The notes beneath the pieces were generated by a model. That model saw only the letters and a list, made by a program, of their open reading frames with translations. It did not search any database and was not told the origin of the DNA. Position numbers and translations under genes: made by a program. Below, one piece after another: positions 31,098-40,440 of a stretch of DNA of 64,000 nt. The DNA comes from an uncultured delta proteobacterium (GTDB lineage: Bacteria > Myxococcota > Myxococcia > Myxococcales > Myxococcaceae): the NCBI GenBank assembly GCA_963713045.1, contig CAVQKE010000007.1, positions 160,001 through 224,000 of the forward strand, given 5' to 3'. Numbering within the stretch: position 1 is the first letter of the stretch; the number at the start of each line of letters is the position of its first letter.

Positions 31098-32117
31098 TTG
31101 GGCCAGATGGAGGGGGCACTCGTGCTGAAGCCAGAACCCTCGAACTACTTCGAGTACATCATTCGGGATGCTGAGTCTTACGGGATGGTGCTTGCCGCAG
31201 CCAATCTGGAGATCTCCCAGCTTGAACCCGGATCCCTGAGCGGCCGCCATATTCGCCTGAACTTGCCAGGCGGTGAGTTCTCCTATGTTGAAACGAACCT
31301 GGCACTGCGCGGAATCGGCACTTTCCCAAACCTGTGGACGCTGTCGGTCGTGCTGGAGAGCACAAGCCGGTCACGTCAGCATGGGATACGGATTCGTCCG
31401 GGGTCACTCGTAATCCACCAGCCCAAGGCGGAACACGACGGGGTTTACAGCCGCAATTTCAAGGTCGCTTGCTTCACCATTCGCGACGATTTTCTTGCAA
31501 GCCACGTCCGGCACCTCGATCGAGAAGTTCGGGCCGCAATGCGCAAACCATGGTCGGTATTTGAGCCGCCAGCCGACTTGCGACAGAAGACCATCGAGCG
31601 CTTTGCGCAGGCGGCGGAAATCGTTCAATCCGACCCGCGAGTGCGAAACTCCCCACAGGCGCTGGCAAATCTTGAGGCGGAGTTGGTGTGGGAATTCCTA
31701 GAGGCGGTCGAGCAGCAGTTCCCGGTGCATTCAACTGGCCCGGACCAGCGGGCCGCTGAAATGGTGCGCCAGATCGATCAAGAGATGAAGAATTCTCTCA
31801 AGGTCGGGGCTTCGGTAGCCGAACTATGCGCTGCTTGCGAGGTGTCACGGCGAACTCTAAACCGCGCATTCCAAAGCGCGCTCGGCATGGGACCGGCTAC
31901 CTATCTCCGTCGCCTCCGGCTGAATCATGCTCAGCGCGCTTTACACCGCGAAAACGACCGCTCGACCACAGTGACCGATGTTGCGTTGGAACTAGGCTTC
32001 TGGCACCTCGGCCGTTTTGCTGAGCAGTACACGGAGTTGTTTGGCGAAGCGCCCCACGACACCTTGCGCCGCTCACAAGAGCCCGCTCAAAACCCGGAAT
32101 CCTCGCCCGTCGCGTAG
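31098..32117 (+). CDS. AraC family regulator (EutR-like)
   Basis: VTDVALELGFWHLGRFAEQYTELFGEAP. Confidence 0.88.
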   Translation: MGQMEGALVLKPEPSNYFEYIIRDAESYGMVLAAANLEISQLEPGSLSGRHIRLNLPGGEFSYVETNLALRGIGTFPNLWTLSVVLESTSRSRQHGIRIRPGSLVIHQPKAEHDGVYSRNFKVACFTIRDDFLASHVRHLDREVRAAMRKPWSVFEPPADLRQKTIERFAQAAEIVQSDPRVRNSPQALANLEAELVWEFLEAVEQQFPVHSTGPDQRAAEMVRQIDQEMKNSLKVGASVAELCAACEVSRRTLNRAFQSALGMGPATYLRRLRLNHAQRALHRENDRSTTVTDVALELGFWHLGRFAEQYTELFGEAPHDTLRRSQEPAQNPESSPVA

Positions 32118-32134
32118 CATCGTTGTGCGTAGGC

Positions 32135-32273
32135 GAACGTCGCCAAACGCCATTCCGAACGTATACCTCGGACGACCGGGGAGGCCCCCAGGAGCGGTCT
32201 TGCGAGCGAAAGAATACCCCGGCCAATACCCGTGTGGACGTTCTAGAGCCCGGGGCCAGCTGCCCAAGGTCGG
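32135..32273 (+). repeat. Complete att arm ending in a degenerate core (GC-TGCCCAA-GGTCG), with no tRNA T arm
   Basis: Boxes at 32145, 32157 and 32237 with 12/73/17 spacing to the TGCCCAA at 32261. Confidence 0.75.
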
Positions 32274-32358
32274 CCGACGATTTCGTACCGGTGCCTTGCC
32301 CGATTTTCACCCGGGCCCGCCGGTGCCGGCCGGCAAGGGCGGGTCAGGTAAACCTCGC

Positions 32359-32650
32359 AAACGGCCGCGCAAACGCCCTTCGGAGGGTATCCCCGAGGCT
32401 CTAGGAGCTGCGCAGACCCCTGGTCTTACCCGTCCCCAAGACCCCATTGGTGCGTTTGCGGACCCCGGACAAGGTTCCCAAGCTCGGGGTCGCGGGTTCG
32501 AATCCCGTCCGCCGCTCTCTGGAAGCAAACGGAATCACTGAGGTTTCCGAATCGCCGTTTGCAGCTCCCTTAGCACTAGCCTCTCGGAATGTTTGATGCG
32601 TGTCGATTGACGGGAGAAGCGACCGCTTGCGCATTTCCGCCCCCGCCCGT
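32359..32650 (+). repeat. att junction B: diverged arm + tRNA-Gly 3' half (32475-32516) + integrase tail
   Basis: Exact tRNA 3' half; boxes at 32359, 32371 and 32451; minus-strand tail AEMRKRSL..SETSVIPFASRERRTGFEPATPSLG. Confidence 0.9.
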
Positions 32651-34084
32651 TCAGAATTTGGGGGCTACCTGGATGCGCTTTTGGCGTGCGGCCGTCTTAA
32701 GCGCCTCGAAGTCGCGGTCCGTTTGGTCTGCATACGCGAACGCGAAGGACGTCAGGGCCTCGTCCAAGACATCGCTCTTGCCCGCGTAACCCGCAATCAT
32801 TGCGGCATCGCCAGACTTGGCGTGCGCCAAGGACAACGCCCACCCACAAAGCATCGCATAGTCCTCTATCCCTTGAGGCCGCCAGTTCTCGGGGTCGAGC
32901 TCCAAGCTCCCCTTCATGTCCCTGAGCTGGCGAAAGTAGAAATCATGCCCTTCGCTCTCACACCACCCGAGGAAGATGTCAGGGGCGCCTTGAATCAGGC
33001 GTTGCCCCTCCACAACGCGACGACCTTGGTGGTGGAATTTTTCGGTCTTGAAATATGGGGCGAGGACTGAGGGCTGAGCCTCCTTCACCTGGAGAAAGAG
33101 CGGGTCGGACTCGCTCGCGCCCTGAAGAAGCAGCACCCAGCACCGCGTCCCGACACTCCCTACTCCAACTACCTTTCGCGCCACATCGACCAGGCGGTAC
33201 TTCGATACGAGGGTCTTTCGGTCCTGAGCGAGCGAGTTCATGTAACGCTCGAGAACGGGGCCCAGCACTTCGGCAATGGGCGTACCCTTTTGGGTGCGTG
33301 TCTCCCGGACGACGAAGGGAGCTTCTTCGATGATGCGCTGCTTGTCGTCCACGAGCGCCGTCATCTTCTCCAGGACTTGTAGGTGGCCTCGCTTCTTCGC
33401 CTTTGCGAATATTTGCTCAGCCTTCTCCCGGACCTCCGGGGACAACGAAGCGAGCAAGTCCTTGTCTTTGATGGTCGCGTACCAGAGTTGTAGATGCCCC
33501 ATCTCGGCGTACTCACGCATTCGCTCGCGATAGGAACTCACTGCACTTCGGGCTGCCGTCTCAGCCACGAGGCGGTCTCCTCCGAGGAAGCGGACGGCCA
33601 CGACGATGCTGGCCACGAGGCGTTTGAGGTCCCATTCCCACGGTCCTGGGAGCGTTTCGTCGAAGTCGTTAATGCCAAAGACGAGATTGCGCTCCGCCGA
33701 GGCGAATACGCCAAAGTTGGATAGGTGCATGTCGCCGCAGGCCTGCACGGTGATGCCCGTGAGAGGCGAGCGGCTCAGGTCATGTGCCATCACGGCAGCC
33801 GAGCCGCGCAGGAACGCGAAGGGCGACGTCAACATCCGCGCGTAGCGCACCGGAATGAGCTGGGGCAGCCGAGTCTTGGCCTGCGCTTCAAGGATGGCGA
33901 CCGGGTCCTTTCGGCGGGGCGGCGGCTGAAAGGGAGCGAGACCCTCTCGTGGGACCTCGACCCGAAGCGCCTTTCCGGCCGCGAGACGCTCCTCAACCCC
34001 AGGCACGGGCCTCAGGAATTGTGCAAGCTTCCCCCGAGAAGCACTCCTACGCGCAGCTTGCCTGCTCATCACGTGTCCTTTCAA
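32651..34084 (-). CDS. DUF2252 family protein
   Basis: SPFAFLRGSAAVMA, CGDMHLSNFG, INDFDE, KVVGVGSVG, FYFRQLRDMK. Confidence 0.92.
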   Translation of the reverse strand: MKGHVMSRQAARRSASRGKLAQFLRPVPGVEERLAAGKALRVEVPREGLAPFQPPPRRKDPVAILEAQAKTRLPQLIPVRYARMLTSPFAFLRGSAAVMAHDLSRSPLTGITVQACGDMHLSNFGVFASAERNLVFGINDFDETLPGPWEWDLKRLVASIVVAVRFLGGDRLVAETAARSAVSSYRERMREYAEMGHLQLWYATIKDKDLLASLSPEVREKAEQIFAKAKKRGHLQVLEKMTALVDDKQRIIEEAPFVVRETRTQKGTPIAEVLGPVLERYMNSLAQDRKTLVSKYRLVDVARKVVGVGSVGTRCWVLLLQGASESDPLFLQVKEAQPSVLAPYFKTEKFHHQGRRVVEGQRLIQGAPDIFLGWCESEGHDFYFRQLRDMKGSLELDPENWRPQGIEDYAMLCGWALSLAHAKSGDAAMIAGYAGKSDVLDEALTSFAFAYADQTDRDFEALKTAARQKRIQVAPKF

Positions 34085-34233
34085 AGACTGCGAGCGACAA
34101 AGCCTGACGCTAGGCCCCCAGCCCGCAGGTCCGCTTGCATTAAAACGGTTTGTTTACGGAGAGTCCTAGCGAGACTGACGACCAGTGTACTCAGGCTGAG
34201 CAGCCAATTGGGGCCCTGCCGGCCATCAATTGA

Positions 34234-35481
34234 ATGGCTCGGCATGACTGTCGTGTACGAGAGTCCTGCTGGAAGACACCAGCCGACGAATTGTTCAGGA
34301 GCAGCCGAGTCACGCTACGAGAGGCTCAGCCGATGGAACCCTCCTCGTCGTTTCGGAGCGACACCTACAAGAGCGTGTCTATCCATTGGGCGCAAATAGG
34401 CCTCGCCCAAGTCCGGTGGATGCTCGTGGCACTGGCCGGAGTCATGCCGGTCGCGACGCTCGCCGCAGGGCCATCGGACCCAGCTGGGCCCCTAAAAGTT
34501 GTCACCCAACCAATTGCACCCTTCGTCCTGAAAGACGGAGACCGGCTGAGCGGTTTCAGCGTCGATTTGTGGAATGCGGTGGCGCTTCGCGCGGGCATCC
34601 AGTTCACCTGGAAAGTCGTCGCAACGCCCATCGAGTTGCTCGACGCAATCCGCAGCGGCGACGCCGACGTAGCCATTGCGGCGATTGCCATCACGCCGCA
34701 GCGCGAGCAAATGGTGGACTTCACGCACCCCTACCTCAACTCGGGCTTACGAATCATGGTCCACGCCAGGAGCGACGGTGCATTTTCAGATTCACTCCGG
34801 GCCATCCCATGGCTGGCTATCGCGAAGCTTTTGGGCATATGCACTCTCATCGTCTTTCTGCTGGCGAACGTCCTGTGGCTCGTCGAAAAACGTAGGAATC
34901 CTGATTTCAAAGGGGGATATTTTCCGGCGATTGGGGAAGCCCTTTGGGGTACGATGCTGATTGTCGCCACCGGCGAGCACGGCGAGCGCAATGCTCCGGG
35001 AGCGCTCAAGCGCATAACAGTGGTTGTGATGTGGCTCTTGGGAGTTCTTCTAATCGCTCAGTTGACTGCAACGGTGACCTCCTCGCAGACTGTGCAGCGC
35101 CTCCAGTCAGAGATTCGTGGACCTGACGACTTGCCAGGCAAGGTCATCGCAACTGTCTCGGGCACTATTGCGGCCGACTACCTGACGAACCGGGGCTTGC
35201 CTTTCGTTGGCGTGACCGATGCGGACGATGCAATCAAGAAGCTTCTCCGGACCGACGTGCAGGCCGTTGTCTTCGCTGCGCCGACGCTGCAGTACTGGGT
35301 TGCCAAACGTGGCCAGGGTGTTCTTCAAGTCGTCGGCCCGGTTTTTGAGCCCGAGAGAATAGGAATCGCTGTCCCGGAGGGCAGCCCGCTTCGCAAGCGC
35401 ATCAACACGGCAATGGACGAGCTCTATGAAGACGGAAGCTATGAGGAAATCTACTCTCGGTGGTTCACGCCGGCGAACTGA
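34234..35481 (+). CDS. Amino-acid-binding (SBP family 3) domain split by an ion-channel TM module (prokaryotic iGluR-like)
   Basis: SGFSVDLW..ITPQREQMVDFTHPY, then TM-pore-TM, then IRGPDDLPGK..SPLRKRIN. True start probably 34333 or 34420. Confidence 0.82.
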   Translation: MARHDCRVRESCWKTPADELFRSSRVTLREAQPMEPSSSFRSDTYKSVSIHWAQIGLAQVRWMLVALAGVMPVATLAAGPSDPAGPLKVVTQPIAPFVLKDGDRLSGFSVDLWNAVALRAGIQFTWKVVATPIELLDAIRSGDADVAIAAIAITPQREQMVDFTHPYLNSGLRIMVHARSDGAFSDSLRAIPWLAIAKLLGICTLIVFLLANVLWLVEKRRNPDFKGGYFPAIGEALWGTMLIVATGEHGERNAPGALKRITVVVMWLLGVLLIAQLTATVTSSQTVQRLQSEIRGPDDLPGKVIATVSGTIAADYLTNRGLPFVGVTDADDAIKKLLRTDVQAVVFAAPTLQYWVAKRGQGVLQVVGPVFEPERIGIAVPEGSPLRKRINTAMDELYEDGSYEEIYSRWFTPAN

Positions 35482-35927
35482 GCGGCTTGGATTAGTTCGC
35501 TCCGCCTCATGCCCTCCAAGACCCGCACCTCCTGCCATGGCGTCCGATGGCTCTCTCGGCGGTTAGTGCCATCGCTGCCGGGACTCCACTTGCGCGGTCA
35601 GTGATGGCGACGAATGAGTTGGCGCGCCACCCCAACGTCGTAGTCCGGCTCGCGGTGTGACAATTGCGTGAACAGCCACTCTGCGGCCTAGCCAGATCGC
35701 GATGATCCATCCCCGCTTCCGGAGCGACAGTCGGCGGCCAAGGGGCCGAGTGAGTTCGGTGTACTAGGCCCGAATGGATTCGCCGGTCGATTCTCGCACT
35801 GTCCTCCGTTGGCAAGATCCACACGCCGCTCTAAAGCGCGGTTGAAACTGGATTTGCTAGCGATCGAGTTTCAACCGACCTATGACCTTGTCGGGGCCGA
35901 GTTGGCGTCGGCACCGGAGGGACCACC

Positions 35928-37601
35928 ATGTCCAAATTTCGACTCTTCCAACTTGCTCGGATGCTTCTCGCTGGGCTCGTCGCGACTCTCGGAACTGCGG
36001 AGCTCGCGCGGGCGCAGGGGAAGCCCAACGTCGTTATTCTCATGACCGACGACACTGGCTGGGCCGACTTCGGCTACGTCAATGGCGGAGGCAAAGGCTT
36101 GGGTCATCCCACGCCGAACATTGACCGCGTCGCCAAGGAGGGCGCAGCGTTTTCGAACTGGTACGGCCAGGCGAGCTGCACCGCGGGTCGGGCCTCCTTC
36201 ATGACCGGACGGATCCCCATCCGCTCGGCACTCTCAATCGTGGTCGCCCCCGGTGATCCGAACGCCCTGAAGAAGGAGACTCCGACGATTGCGGAATTCT
36301 TCAAGAAAAACGGCTATTCGACCTACTACTCGGGGAAATGGCACATGGGCGACAAGCCCGACGCCTATCCAATCGAACACGGCTTCGACGAGATGAAGCA
36401 TTTCGCCGCCTATTACCCGGGCGTCTATTCCTACAACGACACGTCGCCCCGCATGCATCCGTGGTTCCCGTCATACAACGCGGAGTTCAACAAGATGTAT
36501 GACACCGTAGTAAACTTGGGCGAGTGGGAGGGGGTTTCGGGAAAACCAGCCACCAGGACTGGCACTATCAACTGGGATTATCTAGCGATGTTCGACGTGC
36601 GTCAGGCAGATTCGGCGGTTGCTTATATTAAAGCACACGCAAAAAGCAGCAAGCCGTTCTTCATGGACATCAACTTCATGAAGATGCACAACCCGAACAA
36701 TCCGGCACCGGAGTTCAGAGGGCGGACGCATCTTGGAAACTACTCGGACGCCATGTTGGAACTCGACTCCAACATTGGCCGGATCATGGACGCTATCCGC
36801 GCAGAGGCACCCAACACCATAGTCGTCATCACTGCCGACAACGGTGCATGGCTAGATGCTTGGCCCGACGCGGGAACCACGCCATTCCGCGGCGAGAAGG
36901 GCTCCCCGTTTGAGGCCGGCTGGCGCGTTCCGGGTGTGATGTGGTGGCCCAACAAGATTCCAGCTGGTGCTCATTACGATGAAATGATGTCGCACATCGA
37001 CTGCTGGGCGACCTTGGCCGCGCTGGCCGGCATCACCCCGCCCCCAAAAGGCGAAATGAAGGATAACAATGGTAAGCCGATTTACTTCGATAGCATAGAC
37101 AACAGCGCCTATATTCTGGGGAAAGCGCCACACTCCGCACGAGACTCATGGATCTATATCGACGGCGAGACATTTCAGGCCGTACGGGCCGATATCGGCG
37201 GAGATCCCAAGGAGCCCTGGGTGAGAATCGCTTGGAAATACACCTATAGCGCAAAGGATTCGTGGCTCGGTGCAACCGCCGAGTTGGGTTCGATTGGCGC
37301 ACTCTATAATCTCACGATGGACCCGTACGAGAAGTATGACATGATCTTCAACGGAGCGGCGCCGGTGCGCGTGCTGTCGTCCTCGCCGGGTAAGTATTCG
37401 GGCGAGGACAACGGATGGGCCTTGGCGCTAGTATACCAGCCCCTCGTTGAATTCGATAAGTCGATTATTAAATATCCTAACATTCAGCGCGCTCCCGGTG
37501 GAGCATCGAACGACTTGGTGCCCAATCTTCAGAATCCGAAGAACCCGCTGCCTTATGCCGATCCTCACAAGACGCCTCCCGTCGGCGGTGGCGGCGGCTG
37601 A
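35928..37601 (+). CDS. Arylsulfatase (Cys-type), secreted
   Basis: KPNVVILMTDD, SCTAGR, GKWHMG, TADNG, FRGEKG. Confidence 0.92.
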   Translation: MSKFRLFQLARMLLAGLVATLGTAELARAQGKPNVVILMTDDTGWADFGYVNGGGKGLGHPTPNIDRVAKEGAAFSNWYGQASCTAGRASFMTGRIPIRSALSIVVAPGDPNALKKETPTIAEFFKKNGYSTYYSGKWHMGDKPDAYPIEHGFDEMKHFAAYYPGVYSYNDTSPRMHPWFPSYNAEFNKMYDTVVNLGEWEGVSGKPATRTGTINWDYLAMFDVRQADSAVAYIKAHAKSSKPFFMDINFMKMHNPNNPAPEFRGRTHLGNYSDAMLELDSNIGRIMDAIRAEAPNTIVVITADNGAWLDAWPDAGTTPFRGEKGSPFEAGWRVPGVMWWPNKIPAGAHYDEMMSHIDCWATLAALAGITPPPKGEMKDNNGKPIYFDSIDNSAYILGKAPHSARDSWIYIDGETFQAVRADIGGDPKEPWVRIAWKYTYSAKDSWLGATAELGSIGALYNLTMDPYEKYDMIFNGAAPVRVLSSSPGKYSGEDNGWALALVYQPLVEFDKSIIKYPNIQRAPGGASNDLVPNLQNPKNPLPYADPHKTPPVGGGGG

Positions 37602-37966
37602 AGCGGATCTCAGACACCGAGGAGCATACATCTCCGGGATCGGCGACAGATCCGGGCGGCTGGGCCCGCGACGGCCAGCCACTTCCATTAGCGCCGAGAA
37701 CATTCTGCGAGACCCAAAGCAACTTCGGAAGTTCGCTCAGCGCGACCGCATGCAGAAAGCCAGGATCCCTCCCGGACCGCAAGGGCCACGGACGGCTCTA
37801 TCCGGCGTTTATAGTCTAGGTCGCTAGACCTCGACGGACGCTACGCATGCTCTGTGGGTGATAGCAACGCAGAAGCAGATGCATCACACAAAGCAGGCTT
37901 CCGGCGGGTGAATCAAGTAGTCAACGATGAACGGGCGCTGGCTGCGGGCGCCGGTCTATCGTTCAG

Positions 37967-39178
37967 GTGGGGGTCATAATGGTCGGGCACCCGGTGTTGT
38001 GGCTATTGGTTGCTGCCGTCGTTGGACCGTTGCTTGGCGAAATACCGCTCGGCTTTCGGGTCCCGGTCGTCGTCCTGGAAGTCATACTCGGAATCATTCT
38101 CGGCCCCCAGGCTCTGGGACTCGTGCGCTTCGAGGGATTCGTCGCGACGATGTTCACCTTCGGGATGGCGGCGTCGCTATTCAGCGCGGGCTTGGAGCTT
38201 GACTTCGCTCGAATCCGTGGCCGTCCGCTGTCACTAGCCATCCGTGGGTGGAGCATTTCGCTTGTGCTTGGGCTCGCTGTTACGGGTCTTCTTCACGCGA
38301 CGCCTTTGGTACACGCCCCGCTGATGGTCGCGCTGGCGCTGGCCACGACCGCTCTCGGGACCCTCCTGCCCGTCTTTCGCGACACTGGTCAACTCGACAC
38401 TCCCTTCGGACAGCTGTTTGTTGCCGCCGGCACTGTCGGCGAGGTTGGACCCATCATCGCGATGGCGCTCGTTCTGTCCCAGCGATACAGCTCCTGGTTG
38501 GAGTTTAGCTTCCTGATTGTGTTCGTCGCCGTCGTGCTTTCAGCGGCTGCTGTTGGCATGCGCGCTCGGCCTCCCCGCGTGGTAGCCCTACTCAGCCGCA
38601 CCATGCATGCGAGTAGTCAATTGCCGGTGCGCGTGGCCCTTTTGACGCTGGCCGCGTTCTTCGTGCTGTCCGAGGAATTTGGATTCGAAAGTATCCTCGG
38701 AGCCTTCGCTGCTGGAATGATTGTTGGGCTCGCAACCCGCGGTGCGGAGGGGGAGTCATTCCGTGAGAAAATCGATGCCGTCTTATTTGGCTGGTTCATG
38801 CCATTCTTTTTTGTGGGAACGGGCATCAAGTTCGATCTCAAAGCACTGACAAGAGACGTCACGACCGTCCTTCTGGTACCCACCTTTCTGCTGCTTTTCT
38901 TGCTTGTTCGAGGCAGTCCCGTGCTTCTGTACCGAAGAGACCTCTCGCGAACGGAGCGGTTCCCGTTTGCACTCTTCACCTCGGTAGCGTCGCTGTCGCT
39001 GGTTGTCGTCATCACGGAAATCGGCGTTCACGGTGGGCGGATGAGCCCAGACATCGCGGCTGCCCTGGTCGGGGCCGCCGTGCTCTCCGTTCTCCTCTTC
39101 CCGACGGTCGCAGGGGTCCTCCTGTCCAACGTGGCTCGTCGCGCACCTTCGAAGCCCGCTCCCTCACCGGCCAACTAA
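37967..39178 (+). CDS. Cation:proton antiporter (CPA2-like)
   Basis: About 12 TM segments; PVVVLEVILGIILGP, AGLELD, ILGAFAAG. Confidence 0.88.
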   Translation: MGVIMVGHPVLWLLVAAVVGPLLGEIPLGFRVPVVVLEVILGIILGPQALGLVRFEGFVATMFTFGMAASLFSAGLELDFARIRGRPLSLAIRGWSISLVLGLAVTGLLHATPLVHAPLMVALALATTALGTLLPVFRDTGQLDTPFGQLFVAAGTVGEVGPIIAMALVLSQRYSSWLEFSFLIVFVAVVLSAAAVGMRARPPRVVALLSRTMHASSQLPVRVALLTLAAFFVLSEEFGFESILGAFAAGMIVGLATRGAEGESFREKIDAVLFGWFMPFFFVGTGIKFDLKALTRDVTTVLLVPTFLLLFLLVRGSPVLLYRRDLSRTERFPFALFTSVASLSLVVVITEIGVHGGRMSPDIAAALVGAAVLSVLLFPTVAGVLLSNVARRAPSKPAPSPAN

Positions 39179-39253
39179 ACCCCGTACACCGTAGAGTTAC
39201 TCGAAGACGGACGTTCGCAATCCTCTCCGGACGTGCGCGGAATTTCGGTGGAG

Positions 39254-39325
39254 GAGCTTCCCAAGCTCGGGGTGCGCGGGTTCGAATCCCGTCCGCCGCT
39301 CTAGTCTTGTCCCTGGGTCCAAATA
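39254..39325 (+). repeat. att junction C: tRNA-Gly 3' half (39254-39300) + type-2 right flank
   Basis: gagcttcccaag..cgccgct with one inserted G, followed by ctagtcttgtccctgggtcca (similar to junction E). No canonical arm upstream. Confidence 0.88.
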
Positions 39326-39473
39326 GGCGAGCGAAGGTCGGGCCTCCATGACCTCAGTGGGGCGAGGTCCGCGCAAGCGTCTGACGCCGGGTCTCGGCGT
39401 CAGTCCCGAATCGTGTGTAGTTTACACTCGCGGTGCGGCCCTCGGGCGTCCTTGGCAGCGCAGCGGGACAGGG

Positions 39474-39860
39474 TCAGAGCAGAGCCAAGAGAATCAGGGC
39501 AAGCCCCACGAAAGCAACGTTCCACACAAAGGACCGGAGCAAGGGAAAAGCCGCGACGTACAGCGGAACGTAGGCGACGCGCGCAGCCAGGTAGAGTGTT
39601 GCGCCGGTCGCGCTCAACGTCCCTTCCCGTCCTGCGATGTGCACGACCAGTACCGCTGCTGCGAACAGCGGAAATGTCTCGAGGAAGTTGTGGAGTGCAC
39701 GTTCCAGTCGTCCCGCTGCCCCGAGGAGCGGCGGCCGGGGCTCCCGCGCGACGGCGGTCCACCGATATCCCACCTGAAGGCTGGCGGAGTGGGCCTGGAG
39801 CAGGATTTGGACCAGACCCAGCACAATGCTCCAAACCAAGATGCGTAGCTCGATGCTCAC
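39474..39860 (-). CDS. MAPEG family membrane protein
   Basis: GRLERALHNFLETFP, LYLAARVAY; GTG start. Confidence 0.85.
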   Translation of the reverse strand: MSIELRILVWSIVLGLVQILLQAHSASLQVGYRWTAVAREPRPPLLGAAGRLERALHNFLETFPLFAAAVLVVHIAGREGTLSATGATLYLAARVAYVPLYVAAFPLLRSFVWNVAFVGLALILLALL

Positions 39861-40060
39861 GCGGCCACCCCTCCATGAGGATAGATTTCTGCCGTGCCGG
39901 AATGTGCTTTTTCGCCCCGGCTCGTCGGGACAGCCGCTGTGTTCCGAGAGAATTCTACTTTGGAGGTGCCCGCGCCGGCGAGGCGATGAGCGAGGTCGTT
40001 TTGGCCACTTTATGTACCCTTCAGAGGCGAAACCGGCCGGGCGCCACATTCTGGGGATGG

Positions 40061-40331
40061 GTCGAACGCACTCCCGAACGTACCGGCGGGAGCGTCTGGG
40101 AGCCCCGTCTTGAGGTCTCGCCGGGCTGCGAAGGGTACTGCCAAGACCCCGTGTGTACGTTCAAGAGCCCCGGCCGGGCTTCCCGAGCTCTGGGTCGCGG
40201 GTTCGAATCCCGTCCGCCGCTCTCTCGAAGCAAACGGAATCGATGAATTTCCGAGTCGGCGTCTGCAGCTCCCCCACCGTCGCCTCTCGGAATGATTGAT
40301 GCGTGTCGCGCGAGATGACCCCCGCATCTCG
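40061..40331 (+). repeat. att junction D: full arm + tRNA-Gly 3' half (40178-40221) + integrase tail
   Basis: Highly similar to 63544-63730; boxes at 40064, 40076 and 40156. Confidence 0.92.
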
Positions 40332-40440
40332 CCTCGGTGGACACCCAAAACCGGCCACTGATTGACAGCTGAAAACCGGCCACCAGGAGTAGCGCTCCGA
40401 GACGTTGACGAGGCGGAAAGGACCGTGGTCCGCCGCCGGG

